NCBI GenBank assembly: GCA_050951545.1
Contig: JBMNJG010000002.1
Coordinates: 187,258 to 251,257 of the forward strand
DNA from: Limnochordia bacterium
GTDB taxonomy: Bacteria; Bacillota; Limnochordia; DTU080
DNA: 64,000 nt
Reading direction: 5' to 3'
This document shows positions 31,247 to 42,378 of the stretch, in pieces (positions within the stretch are counted from its first letter, which is position 1; each line of letters opens with the position of its first letter). Made by a program: the position numbers and the translations under genes. The notes under the pieces are model-generated. The model did not search any database, had not been told where the DNA came from, and saw only the letters and a list, made by a program, of their open reading frames with translations.

Positions 31247-31782
31247 CTACATGGGCGTACTCCGGCAGAATGGAAGGAACCACTTCGATTTGCGTAGAAA
31301 CTCCCGATGATGCAATGACTGTATGATATCTAAAAACAGCAAGGGAGGCGTGAGTGGTGAAAGTCCATCGAAATCCGGGGACTGCGCGTTGGGTAGGCAT
31401 TGTGAGCGCACTGTTTTGTATGGCTGCCGTCGTTTGTGTGGGCGGGGCTGCGCCAGTCAAGGTGCAGATGATCGAGTTTCAGCGAGTCGAGGAGGCAGAG
31501 TGGCAGCGCGCAGTTGTTGAGCGATACCACGCTTCGCAGGATGACATTCGCATTGAGCTTATAAGCTTGGCCGGGTCGGGTCCAGCTACGAAGCCGCTGA
31601 CCATGATAGCGGCTGGGGCGCCCCTTGATATCTCTTACCACGATCCATACAAGATTATCGAGTGGACGCATCAGGGCCTTGTTCAGGACCTTACGCCTTA
31701 TCTGAACCGGGATCGCAAGTTGTTTGCTGAGTTTTTCGATCCACTCTTGGACCTGTATAAAGTCAAGGGCGGTAGATACGGC

Positions 31783-33477
31783 GTCTGTGTCAAGAGGTTA
31801 CGGGCGACGCACCCGATCCCCGTATGCATTTTTTGCGTTGCCTAGCTTGCCACCGAAGCTAAGCCACCCCCAACGATACGATTCACGAGACAGGACATGC
31901 CGCCTGAGCCCGTCTTGCCGTACCCGGCGATCGGCACGCTGGCCGCAAGCGTGGAAGTGCCTCCTGCCACGGCTGCTAGAACGTCATTCACTGCCTCCAG
32001 TGCTAGGCTTGAACCCAGATCCAGCTTTTCGTCAACGCTGCGTAGCCAATCCCGAAGGCGGGCGGTTACCTCGTGCAGACGATCTGTTTTCCACCAACAT
32101 AGCAGCTCCATCATCGCCGACAGGCCTGTAGGGCTCCAGCTGCGTCCACGTCCCTTCACACGGTCGGCAAAGCCATCTGCCTGGCTCTCCGCTGCTCCAA
32201 GACCGCGCATGTTCGTCGTGTCTACTCCTTGAGCCGCCAAGCGATGCCGGTAGTCTACGGTCGCCTCGGGCATGCTCGTCAGGTCCTTGAGTAACGCTTC
32301 ACATTCCCGACGACCTTTTCCGCCAAGCTTCTTCAACCCCTGCTCCAGGCGGGCCAAGAACGCACCACCAGTGAGATCCTCTTCGTCTTCGAGCGCTCCC
32401 ATGATCTCAGAAAGCTCTTGTGAGTGCGCTCGGAACAGCCTAAGTATATCTCGCTTCAAGTGGAATCGATCGATCTGGTACAAAGCCTTCGGGAAGTACT
32501 CCGTCCCTTTACGGATCCAGTTCGCACGGTCACCGTTGATCACCACAACCGTGTCATCGTCAATGTCATAGTGGCTATAGACAAACCGGCTGGCCTTTTC
32601 CCAGAAGCCTTCTGACTGCCCACTTTGGCTTCTGTACTGCCGTTTCTCTAGCAGTTCGTAGCCACCAGACTTTCCCTCCGAGTAACGTGGCTGCCAACCC
32701 TCATGCACCGTCAGCATCTTCTCTTCAGTTGACTTCCGCTGCTGCTGCTGAAGGTGAACCCACAACCCGTCTACCTCAAGGAACAGGACGGGCACACGAC
32801 GCTTTCCGCATGGATCGGCCAGTTCTGCATCCTGGGCATCCTGTAGACGCTCACCAGCCTCTAGGACCCTCTGACGCACCGTCTCGTGGCTGACGACCCG
32901 ATGCCCCTGAATCGCCTCCAGGCTATCAGCCGCCTTCCGGTAGGCCGAGGTGTTAACGGCCATCTCCAGGAGCGTTTCTGCCAACAGCGGGCTGATCTGC
33001 TTGTAGGGCTCTAGGCTGAGCGCCTCATCCAGCAGGAACACGTACTTGTTCTTCTTGCAGTCAAAGTACTGCCGCCGGCGAAAGCGCACACTCTGGCCTA
33101 TCGCCGTTTCTACCGTGCGCTCCTCGTGCTTCTTGACCTTGAAGCGCTCCGAGTCCCGCATCGTGAACAGAGAGTCATCTAGACGCTGCAGCATCGTCTC
33201 CAGCCCTTCGGCAAGCAACTCCCGCAACCTAGCCAATAACAGCGTCTCAATCTCCGAAAAGGAGAAACCAAGGCAGCCACGAATCTTATCCATAACGAGA
33301 AGTCCTCCGTTCAAATCTCCTTTGGAGATCGGGCTTCTCGTTCCCTTTATTTTCCACCAAGTATTCCAGACTGCCCGCCATCCATGAGCATCCTTCAACC
33401 CAGACTCACGTGGCCGCAACCAGAGACTAGCCCTACTCGGATCCCTCAGGCTCCACCCGTAAACATCTTACACACAC
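31783..33477 (-). mobile_element. ISLre2-family insertion sequence, 1695 bp
   Basis: Imperfect TIRs GTCTGTGTCAAGAGGTTACGGG / GTGTGTGTAAGATGTTTACGGG; 9-bp TSD AGATACGGC at 31774-82 and 33478-86. Confidence 0.9.
31842..33293 (-). CDS. ISLre2 (UPF0236) transposase
   Basis: LFLEVDG, NGDRANWI, IDRFHL, GAAES, R.KGRGRSWS..G motifs; GGAGG before ATG 33293. Confidence 0.88.
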   Translation of the reverse strand: MDKIRGCLGFSFSEIETLLLARLRELLAEGLETMLQRLDDSLFTMRDSERFKVKKHEERTVETAIGQSVRFRRRQYFDCKKNKYVFLLDEALSLEPYKQISPLLAETLLEMAVNTSAYRKAADSLEAIQGHRVVSHETVRQRVLEAGERLQDAQDAELADPCGKRRVPVLFLEVDGLWVHLQQQQRKSTEEKMLTVHEGWQPRYSEGKSGGYELLEKRQYRSQSGQSEGFWEKASRFVYSHYDIDDDTVVVINGDRANWIRKGTEYFPKALYQIDRFHLKRDILRLFRAHSQELSEIMGALEDEEDLTGGAFLARLEQGLKKLGGKGRRECEALLKDLTSMPEATVDYRHRLAAQGVDTTNMRGLGAAESQADGFADRVKGRGRSWSPTGLSAMMELLCWWKTDRLHEVTARLRDWLRSVDEKLDLGSSLALEAVNDVLAAVAGGTSTLAASVPIAGYGKTGSGGMSCLVNRIVGGGLASVAS

Positions 33478-34371
33478 AGATACGGCATCCCCCTCGATTT
33501 GCAGGTGCAGGGGTTCTTCTATCGTGAAGACTTCTTCGACGAGGCAGGCTTAGGGTATCCGCGGGAGGGCATGACTTGGGATGATATCGCCAGGATCTCT
33601 CCTCATCTGGTGAAGCAGAACAACGAAGGCGTGATCTCTCGGTACGCCATGCGCTTCCCGCAGTTTTGGCATTGGTGGTCCATTCTGTGGCACCACGGAG
33701 CCTCGTTCTTCGACAATGAATGGGATCCGCAGCGCTTTGTGGGTGACAGCACCGAGATGCGTCAAGGGCTCGAGTATCTGCGAAGCATGATCCATGACAA
33801 ACGGGTTATGGCGCCACGTACCATGTCAGGCGCGACTGCGGTCAATCTCGTTGTGAACGGGCAAGTGGCCATGGCCATCGGCAACTCCTTATACATGCAG
33901 GAGATGGTGCGACTTGGTCATGAGAGGCCATGGAATGTGGCAAGGCTGCCTTACGGGCCTGCTGGGAATAACGTGGCGTGGTTCAACTCGTTGGGCTGGT
34001 TCATCGTCAGCACGGCCCCCCATCCGCAGGAGGCGTGGGAGGTCATCAAGTACTTCAGCTCAGAAGCAAGCATGCGTCTTTCCGTGGAAATGCGCGGTAC
34101 CCTCGTGCCACATAGGCGTGTGTCTCAGACAGTCTGGATGCAGCAGTGGGAGTATCCGAAAGACCGGCGGGTCTTCTTGGATGCCATCGGTACGGCACGT
34201 GGCCTGCCAGCTGTTTTTGGGGACGGCATCAATGCCATTGTAGCTGGCGTAAATGCTGTCGCCGATGGTCAGAAGCCAATTCCGCAAGTCATCGGCGACT
34301 GGCAGGTCCAGCTCAACGCCTGGCTCAAAGATGGACGCTGAGGTTGGCTCCGCCACCAAGGGTTACCGCAA

Positions 34372-34403
34372 GCGAGAGGCGTTTCGCCTCTCGTCTTTCC
34401 TTC
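34372..34403 (+). terminator. Intrinsic terminator
   Basis: CGAGAGGCG TTT CGCCTCTCG followed by a pyrimidine-rich tract. Confidence 0.6.
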
Positions 34404-34416
34404 TTATCACTACATA

Positions 34417-34446
34417 TTGACGGTATGCAGGTGAGGTACATATAAT
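34417..34446 (+). promoter_or_regulatory. Sigma-A promoter of the toxin-antitoxin operon
   Basis: TTGACG-18 nt-TATAAT. Confidence 0.65.
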
Positions 34447-34476
34447 GGTGATGCACGGTGGGTGGAGGTGGACAAC

Positions 34477-34731
34477 GTGGCATCTGAGACAAAGCGGATA
34501 ACCATCACAATACCCAAAGACCTTCTCGAAGAGATCCGCGCGTATTCGACGAGCATCAGTGGCTTCTTGACGGAAGCGGCTGCTGAGCGATTGAAGCACG
34601 AACGATATCAGCGGTCGGTTACCGCTAGCGCGGGTGCCTGGCGTAGGGAGGACCATGCCGACCTTGATGAGATTGACGGCATTACTCATTACGTGACCAG
34701 CTTAAGGAGCTCGGGGATCCGTGAGGATTGA
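34477..34731 (+). CDS. vapB: RHH/CopG-type antitoxin (VapB-like)
   Basis: KRITITIPKDLLEEI..SISGFLTEAA ribbon-helix-helix; overlaps the PIN gene. Confidence 0.75.
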   Translation: MASETKRITITIPKDLLEEIRAYSTSISGFLTEAAAERLKHERYQRSVTASAGAWRREDHADLDEIDGITHYVTSLRSSGIRED

Positions 34732-35152
34732 TCTGAGGCGAGGGTCTCCCAGACGGTTGATGGTCGATACATCCGTGTTGATCGCCCATCTTCGAGGTGT
34801 GGCTCATGGCACAGAGTTGATGAGGTGGGCGGGTGCCGCAGGTGTGCCGTATGTGTCGGCCCTGAGCATACTGGAAGTTGCCCAGGGCATGGCTAGGCGC
34901 GAAGAGGAAGCAACTCGTGCGCTTCTGGATTCTCTCGAACCGGTTGTCATTACGTACTCAGTCGCCTGGGACGCAGGGGTGTTGCTGCGAGACCTTCGGC
35001 AGCAAGGTCTCACCATTCATCTGCCTGACGCGCTCATCGCGGTATGTACTCTGAGCGTCGGTGTGCCTCTTCTCACACACAACGTTCGCCATTTCGAACG
35101 GATTCCGGACCTTGAGGTGCTTGACGCAGGGAGCACAGGTCAGCTAGCGTGA
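34721..35152 (+). CDS. vapC: PIN-domain toxin
   Basis: VDTSVLI, SILEV, PDALIA, LLTHNVRHF. Confidence 0.9.
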   Translation: MRIDLRRGSPRRLMVDTSVLIAHLRGVAHGTELMRWAGAAGVPYVSALSILEVAQGMARREEEATRALLDSLEPVVITYSVAWDAGVLLRDLRQQGLTIHLPDALIAVCTLSVGVPLLTHNVRHFERIPDLEVLDAGSTGQLA

Positions 35153-35388
35153 CTTTCCTAGTTAGCGAAAAGAAAATGGGGCAAAGCCCCTATCCTAAGG
35201 CGTTTTTCAGATGTCCGGATGTCGCACCTGACTATGCGCGAGCTTCTCGAGATTTAGGAGATCAAACAGGCGCCTTTGCGGTGGGGTCATGCAAAAAGAA
35301 TAAAAGACAAAATGACGCCCTACAGAATACCCACCCTATGTTGACGCTTACACGGCAAAAAATGCCGTAACTAGGAAACTTACGCTAG
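35144..35388. mobile_element. MITE-like internal-deletion derivative of the IS1634 element at 36294-40251
   Basis: First ~148 bp identical to 36295-36442; last ~65 bp near-identical to 40187-40251; inverted ends CTAGCGTGACTTTCCTAGTT / CTAGCGTAAGTTTCCTAGTT. Confidence 0.85.
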
Positions 35389-35400
35389 CGCGCAGAAGCT

Positions 35401-36159
35401 TCATGTGCCCACCTGGATAGGGCAAGCTATTTTCTCTGTCAGCTGTTGGCACTCGAGCAGAAACAAGTCGTACTTTAGATCAAAAAGAATCTGATCCCCC
35501 GTTGACACGCCACCCCACACAGGTCTAGGCAGTATCCATTGTGGTTCACATATCCCGACGCGTCGAGCTCTTGTACTTGAGTAATCCAAACGTAATTCGA
35601 GAGAAAGAAGAGAATGCCACTGGTCATTCCAGACCGGCCATAACCATTCATCATCATAACAGGCGGGGTTACTCATACAGTTAGCCTCAAACTCGGCTAG
35701 TTGTATGGCCCTTTCGAGTACGCCTTTTTTAGTGTAGGTAGATTGAAGGATAAACTCACGATTGGGAGCCCATTGGGGATCACAAGTGCCCACGCGCTGG
35801 AAACGTTCCCGGGCGTAGGTCAACTGTCGATCCCAAAAGGTTAATGATGGGGTGGGCTCGTCTATACGAAGCCACGGCCTAACCCAAGAATCGTCATATG
35901 ACGGACCAAAGGCATGCCCCTCACTGATCGCAAGTTCCATAGCCCATTCATATACTCGTGCGGTAGGTAGACCACCCCAGGCCTGTGGCCCTTTTTTCAT
36001 CTTCGTAACGTAGTCAGAGACTTCCCGAATGATCATCGATGGGTCATACATGCCGTTCCCTGTGGCGAATGCAGAGCAAGTCCTCGCTACTATAAGGATA
36101 ACGGTAACAACGCGCAGCATTCTTTTCTTGACTTGCCCTCCCTGGTGCCGGTTCCCCAT
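35401..36159 (-). CDS. Secreted hypothetical protein with internal tandem duplication
   Basis: Signal peptide; YDDSW...RVGTCDPQW and YDDEW...RVGICEPQW repeats; appears AT-richer than flanks. Confidence 0.7.
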   Translation of the reverse strand: MGNRHQGGQVKKRMLRVVTVILIVARTCSAFATGNGMYDPSMIIREVSDYVTKMKKGPQAWGGLPTARVYEWAMELAISEGHAFGPSYDDSWVRPWLRIDEPTPSLTFWDRQLTYARERFQRVGTCDPQWAPNREFILQSTYTKKGVLERAIQLAEFEANCMSNPACYDDEWLWPVWNDQWHSLLSLELRLDYSSTRARRVGICEPQWILPRPVWGGVSTGDQILFDLKYDLFLLECQQLTEKIACPIQVGT

Positions 36160-37589
36160 AGTTAACCCTCTCCTGATCTCTTGTGGAGTTGCCCCGCTTT
36201 AGTGGACACAGCAACACTACGCTACCGAAGCCTGATCTTCCTCTTGTTTGCGGCGTAACCAACCTGATTCGAAATCCATTGGGCTGAGACAACTTAGCGT
36301 GACTTTCCTAGTTAGCGAAAAGAAAATGGGGCAAAGCCCCTATCCTAAGGCGTTTTTCAGATGTCCGGATGTCGCACCTGACTATGCGCGAGCTTCTCGA
36401 GATTTAGGAGATCAAACAGGCGCCTTTGCGGTGGGGTCATGCGCGAAAGTGTGATGTGCGGTTCTATTTTGCTGTCGGCCGGATAGACATGAAGGACTTC
36501 CTTGATATTTTCGAGCCGGTTGATGATTGATGTTGCAGACGTGTCCTCGAGCTCTATGTTGTCAGCAGCCGCTCGTTGAAGAACTTCGCGCCGTAGAAGC
36601 GAAGTCAGCGTGAGGGCTAAAACGCAATAAAAGGCATGAACTCGGATCTTTGAGTCGGTCCAACGAAACATTGGGCGCCAAGCTACGCACTGGGGATCCT
36701 TCATTTGTGAGAAGGCGTGCTCAATCTCGAACTCGCCGCGATAGGCGGCTATGATATCTTCATTTGACCATGTGTCGTTGGAGGTGAAAAGGACAGTTTT
36801 TCCAAAGCGCTCACTGCTAATATGATGAAAGGCGCTGTGGTCTGTAAAGAATCTGACGTCGGGTACGCCATCACGAAGGGCTATTTCGTAGCGGATGACT
36901 TGATTCAGGAGCGGGGATTGCCCAAGTATTTGTTCAACCTTGTTCTGAACGCCGGCAAGGTCAGGGGCTCTGCCTTTGGTGATTTTGCCTTGGCGGCGCT
37001 GATCCAATCGCTGGGACAGATCACGCAGGGCTTGTGTGGCTTTCTTGAGCTTCATGGTCTCATCTTGCATCTGGCCGAGATAAAACGCATCGTTATAAAC
37101 CACCAGTACCGTGTATTTCTTGCCCCAAAGCTCATGCTGCGTGCGATAGACTTGATGGTCGGCGCATTGACCGGTCAGGGATTCGAATTCATCAAAGGGG
37201 ATCTTCAACAGATCGGAGACCTGGTTATATTTAATTGAGCCAACGCAATGGTATGGGCTTGCATCGATAGCGGCCTGATTATGAGGCGGATTATTCCCCT
37301 TATCCCAGACCAACGTGACATGATCGCAGGAGTCGCTAAGGATGCGATAACGCTCTACCAACTCATCCGTTACGCTGCGAAATTCCGTACTGTCATGAAC
37401 GTTGCCTGGGTAAACATCATGAAAGAGCGGGATATGGAAATCCAAAGTGCTTAGCAACGCTAAACCCACGATGCGAAGATCACCGCGTTTTTCTTTACTA
37501 TGACCGCGTTGGGCGAGCTCGCTGGGGTTGCTTGTATCCAAGCAGGTGATAAAATCGGTTGTATCATAGACGACCGCCCGCAGATCAAG

Positions 37590-39459
37590 CTTGTTTTCCG
37601 CACCCCCTAGGATGGGCCTAGGGGTTTACCTGAACTCGTAGCAGGAGATATCTTCCAAATCGCGAACCCTTCAGAAATGCCGTAATGAAGGGACGCGTGG
37701 CGAATGGACGACATCGAAATCACGCCAGTTCATGTGGGCGCAAGCGGATTCATTGCAGCGATCTGCCGAGAACTTGGGATCGCGGGGATGATCAACCGTT
37801 CCGTGCGTTGGGATGAGAAACAGTGGAAGGTGTCGCCGGGCACCCGGGCGGTTGCTCTGATCATCAACATCTTAGTGGCGCGGCGCCCCCTTTACCGCGT
37901 ATGGGAGTCTTTCGAGCGGCTTGACCTCCCCGTTTTGTTTGACGAGCCCGTGGAATTGAATGACCTCTAATGATGATGGGTTTGGACGTACGCTCGACAG
38001 GTTGCATGAGTCGGATGAGCTACGCAAGATCACCAGCTCGGTAGCGTTGGCTGCTACCAGGCGGTTGCCTTTGGGGATCAGATCCGTTCATGCCGATACG
38101 ACCACCCTATCGCTGGCCGGCAGATACGAGCCGACCGAGAGTGACTTGGCCTTTTTGGAGGAGAATCCAGATCGCTCTTTGCTGAACATCACCTACGGCC
38201 ACAGCAAGGATAAGCGGCCGGATCTGAAGCAAGTTTCCTATGGGCTCGTGGTCACTAGCGAAGGCATGCCTGTCTTGGGCAACGTCAACGACGGCAACCT
38301 GAGCGACAAGGTGTGGAACAGTGAGGTCCTCGGTGAGATCGAGACGAGCTTCCTTGATCCGGGACAGATCGTGTACGTAGCTGATTCTGCCTTGATCACT
38401 ACGGGTAATTTGGAACAGATGGCCGAGCAAAAGATCCGTTTCATCTCCCGGCTGCCAGGGACGTATGGCCTAGTTGATGACCTGAAAGAGAAGGCCTGGA
38501 AGCAGGGCCGTTGGGAATTCATTGGCCGAGTTAGCCTTAGCGAAAAAGGCGCCAAGTACCGGGCGCAAAGCCACATGGATACATTAGGGGGTCGCCCCTA
38601 TCGTTTCGTCGTAGTCCATTCTGACGCCCTGGAAAAGCAGAAGAGCAGAAGCCTGCAAAAGGCGGTAAAGCGGGAGTCTCAGCTAATTGAGAAGGCACAG
38701 GCCAAGCTGCAGAAGCAACGCTTCGAGTGTATGGGCGACGCTCAGAAAGCCCTTGACGATTTCTGCAACGAACATCGCCGATCGCGTCACCAACTCAAAG
38801 GTCGTGTCATCGCCGAGAATGTCGTAAAGCGACCTCCGGGGCGCCCTGCCAAAGACGCCAAACCGCCAACGGTTGTCGAGTACAGCGTTGAAGTACAGGT
38901 AGTCGCACCATCGGAGACGGCACTACGTGTCGAGCAGGAACTGGCCGGAACCTTTGTCCTCATCACTACTTTGCCGGAGGATGAATGGAGCAACACGGAG
39001 ATTCTTGAGGAGTACAAGGGCCAGACCAGCGTGGAAACCCGCTTCCGCAACCTCAAAGCCGACCCATGTATCGTGGACACCCTATACGTCAACTCATCTC
39101 GCCGGGCGGAAGCACTCGCCTACCTGTTTCTCTTGGCTTTGATTGTGGCTTCGTATATCGAAGTGCGGGTCCGCCAGGAGCTCAAAAAACGCCAAAGACC
39201 CTTTCTGGTTCCAGGGAACCGTTGGACCGAACGCCCAACAATGAGCATGATTTTCGACATCCTCAGTGGTGTTCAGATCCTCAAACTCTGCAACGGCACA
39301 ACAACTCGAAGAAGGTTGCCTTCGAACATCGATCCGCGCGTGTACGAGCTCCTGGAACTCACGGGCCTTGATCACAGGGCCTACACCTATGTGAGCTATG
39401 CTACGTAACCCGTGGCCAAAAACCAGGGGGGGGTCAGGCAGAAGGGTGCGGAAAACCAG
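37590..39459 (+). mobile_element. Nested IS1634-family element, 1870 bp
   Basis: TIRs CTTGTTTTCCGCACCC / CTGGTTTTCCGCACCC; 6-bp TSD ATCAAG at 37584-89 and 39460-65. Confidence 0.9.
37704..39408 (+). pseudogene. IS1634 transposase (DUF4277 + DDE) with +1 frameshift near 37967
   Basis: LND(L)NDD.FGRTLD split across frames; HADTTT, YGHSKDKRPDLKQ, VADSAL, YKGQ..VE.RFR.LK. Confidence 0.85.
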
Positions 39460-40260
39460 ATCAAGATTGAACTCCGATACGAGATGCTCAGTCAAATCGC
39501 GTTCGATTGCCTGGATATGGGGGCGGTCAAGGCGATCCATATGATCCCAGAACCGTTGGCTTTTGAGATCTGCGCCTGACAAATGGGGCATAAACCGTCG
39601 TAGCACCGTTTTCTCAAACCACTCGCCCACTTGGGTTTTGGGTCCGGGGCTCAGGGCGCGGTATAAAGCGGCAATCAGCATATACTCGCCAACCGTGGCA
39701 CCCTGACGCCTCTTGGGAGCATGATCGTCTATGATCCTGACCACATTAAGTCGCTGGGCAATCTGCCAGAGGGCAGCTGATGCACCGAATTCGAATATTC
39801 CGGCCTCACAGGGCGCTGTGGCAGAGGCGTCAGCTCGAGCCACAATGTCTTCGACCTTACCCAGGTATTTCTGCCAGACAATGCGCGGCTTGCCATCAAC
39901 TCGTTTGCCGATCACTGCGTAGTGGTAGGTGTGACCCTTAATACGTTTTTTGGTGATATACATCGCGCTGCCCCTCCAAGGTTAGGTACAACACTCTTCG
40001 CAGCCGCGAGGCAAATTCCACTTGGTTTCCCATCAGCAGTCGGTTCCGGGGAACAAATGCGACACCTCTTTTCACTGGCAGAAGTTAGGTACAACGAGTT
40101 TTTGAGCCCGGAATCGATATTTTGCATGGCAGCTTGAAATCCGGGAAATGCCTTTGTGAAGCCATTTTTGCCCAATCGGGTTCTGAAGAATACCCACCCT
40201 ATGTTGACGCTTACACGGCAAAAAACGCCGCAACTAAGAGACTTACGCTAGCGTGAGAAA

Positions 40261-40293
40261 GGCACCCTATCACCTGAGGGGCAATAGGGTGCC
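40261..40293 (-). terminator. Intrinsic terminator
   Basis: GGCACCCTAT...ATAGGGTGCC followed by TTTC on the minus strand. Confidence 0.6.
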
Positions 40294-40311
40294 CGAAGTG
40301 TTTCCCGAACC

Positions 40312-40915
40312 CTACTTCTGGGTTACCTTTATCTGTGAGAACTCCGCCACGGTGCCGTTGGTGCGCAGCGAGATGTGCGATCCGCTTTTGAAGGGTGCAG
40401 AATCGGTATAGGTGCCCATAAGCTCGTTGTTTCGGAAGATCTCCATCAGACCAGTGCGCGTGTTGACGACGACCTTGTAGCTAAACGTGTCACCAGCGGA
40501 CACAGCCGGGGTGGCCAGGTCGCCTACCTTGGGCAAGGAGCCTGCAGCGGCCCGGTACAAGCGAATAAAGTTTTGGTCTTGAAAGACGAGGTATGAGTTC
40601 CCGCGATTGGAGGCGGTGGCATCATCCGCAAGAATGTGCATCCCCGCAGCTGGCCCCATGCTAAAGGTTGTCGACACGAACTTGACAGTCCCACTCGTAG
40701 GTCAGGATCTCGCCAGACTGAGCTACGGCAGCATAGGCATTGGTGTTGCTACTACCGGTGTCAGTGTTCTTGATTGCTGTGTCGCTGAAGCTCCATGTCC
40801 CCACCTGTGACTTCCATTGGTCAGATCCGATCTCAGCCGCGAATGCTAAGCTTGGGACGAGTACGCATGCGATGACCAAGATCTGTGCCACTTTGTGCCA
40901 GTAAGTCTTCCTCAT
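40312..40915 (-). CDS. Secreted LamG/DUF1080-like beta-sandwich protein with +1 frameshift at 40690-40692
   Basis: Signal peptide MRKTYWHK..AFAAE; LTYEW continues as TVKFVSTT if one G of TGGG is removed. Confidence 0.65.
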
Positions 40916-41077
40916 CAAAAGCGTCCCCCTTTGTGGATCGTTTCCTTTCCACTCAATAATTCTCTTCAGGAAGTCAGCCTCCTCCTTCACGCGAGCGAGG
41001 TGGCAGGTATCAGCAGACAGAGCATCGAAGAATTGCGTTGCCTTTTCATGACACTGCAATTCTGGGGGAGGGTTTTC

Positions 41078-42352
41078 GTGAGTAGAGGATTAGCAGCTTC
41101 ACGATGGGTGGGTGTCGTCACCGTTTTGCTGTCTGTGGCAGCCTGCATCGGAGTAGGCTTCACAGCACCCGTTAAGGTGCAGATGATTGAGTTCGCCCGA
41201 GTTGACGAGGCAGAATGGCAACGCGCAGTTGCTGAGCGCTTCAATGCCTCGCAGAAGGACATCAGCATTGAGCTGATTAGCCTCGCAGGTTCCACCGTAC
41301 ATACGAAGCCGTTAACCATGATTGCCGCTGGAGCACCGCCCGATATCTCCTACAACGACCCGTACCGGATCATCGAGTGGACCCACCAGGGGCTTGTGCA
41401 GGATCTTACGCCTTATCTGGCTCGAGACCGCAAGGCCTTCGCGGAGTTCTTCGATCCCCTCCTAGACCTGTATACGGTCAAAGGAGGCAAGTTCGGCATC
41501 CCTATCGATCTACAGGTACAGGGATTCTTCTATCGTGAAGACTTTTTCGATGAAGCAGGCGTGGCCTATCCGCGGGAGGGAATGACCTGGGATGACATTG
41601 CCAGAATCTCTCCGCGTCTGGTGGTGCAAAACAACGAAGGCGTGATCTCTCGCTATGCCATACGCTTTCCACAGTTCTGGCACTGGTGGTCCATCTTCTG
41701 GCACTACGGAGCTTCGTTCTTCGACAATGAGTGGGATCCCCAGCGCTTTGTGGGTGATAGCACCCAGATGCGCGAGGGGCTTGAGTATCTACGCAGCATG
41801 ATTCACGACAAACGGGTCATGTCGCCCCGCACCATGTCAGGAGCCACGGCTGTCAACCTAGTCGTGAACGGGCAAGTAGCCATGGCTATAGGCAACTCCT
41901 TGTACATGCAAGAGATGGTGAGACTTGGTCATGAGAGGCCGTGGAATGTGACGCGACTGCCCTACGGTCCTGCTGGTAACAACATGGCTTGGTTTAACTC
42001 CTTGGGCTGGTTCATCATTAGCACGGCCGACCATCCCCAAGAGGCCTGGGAAGTCATCAAGTACTTTAGCTCAGAAGCCAGCATGCGTCTTTCCGTGGAG
42101 ATGCGTGGTACTCTCGTGCCACATCGGCGTGTCTCTCAAACGGTCTGGATGCAGCAGTGGGAGTATCCCAAGGATCGCCGTGTCTTCCTCGATGCCATCG
42201 GTACGGCACGCGGTCTGCCAGCCGTATTCGGAGAAGGGATCAATGCCATCGTAGCCGGGGTAAATGCCGTCGTCGATGGTCAGAAACCAATTCCCCAAGT
42301 CATCGCCGACTGGCAGGTACAGCTAAATACCTGGCTCAAAGATCGACGCTGA
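41078..42352 (+). CDS. ABC sugar SBP, intact paralog of 31354..34341
   Basis: Near-identical mature protein to the IS-broken copy; GGGAGG RBS before GTG 41078. Confidence 0.92.
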   Translation: MSRGLAASRWVGVVTVLLSVAACIGVGFTAPVKVQMIEFARVDEAEWQRAVAERFNASQKDISIELISLAGSTVHTKPLTMIAAGAPPDISYNDPYRIIEWTHQGLVQDLTPYLARDRKAFAEFFDPLLDLYTVKGGKFGIPIDLQVQGFFYREDFFDEAGVAYPREGMTWDDIARISPRLVVQNNEGVISRYAIRFPQFWHWWSIFWHYGASFFDNEWDPQRFVGDSTQMREGLEYLRSMIHDKRVMSPRTMSGATAVNLVVNGQVAMAIGNSLYMQEMVRLGHERPWNVTRLPYGPAGNNMAWFNSLGWFIISTADHPQEAWEVIKYFSSEASMRLSVEMRGTLVPHRRVSQTVWMQQWEYPKDRRVFLDAIGTARGLPAVFGEGINAIVAGVNAVVDGQKPIPQVIADWQVQLNTWLKDRR

Positions 42353-42378
42353 GGAGCACATATCTAGCTAAGAGCAAC

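Larger units (their letters stand above)
31354..34341 (+). pseudogene. ABC sugar SBP interrupted by an ISLre2-family element
   Basis: Removing 31783..33477 plus one TSD copy restores GGRYGIPLDLQVQG, collinear with paralog 41078..42352 (GGKFGIPIDLQVQG). Confidence 0.92.
36357..39963 (-). pseudogene. IS1634 transposase split by nested IS (~576 aa when rejoined)
   Basis: N-term KRVDGKPRIVWQKYLG; rejoined junction EFNLDLRAVVYDTTDF; GHSKEKR.DL, DKGN, IEHAF, HAFYCVLAL. Confidence 0.88.
36294..40251 (-). mobile_element. IS1634-family element (outer), interrupted by a nested IS
   Basis: Inverted ends (T/C)TAGCGT...TAGTT; subterminal GTTAGGTACAAC at 39981 and 40084, with a 9/12 inverted match at 36371-82. 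Confidence 0.85.

Noticed and set aside
39094-39459. C-terminal part of ORF 39094..39963 as real protein
   Set aside because: It is read-through into the antisense strand of the nested IS.
37581-39468. 12-bp TSD CAGATCAAG(C/A)TT for the nested IS
   Set aside because: A 16-bp TIR plus perfect 6-bp TSD explains the junctions better.
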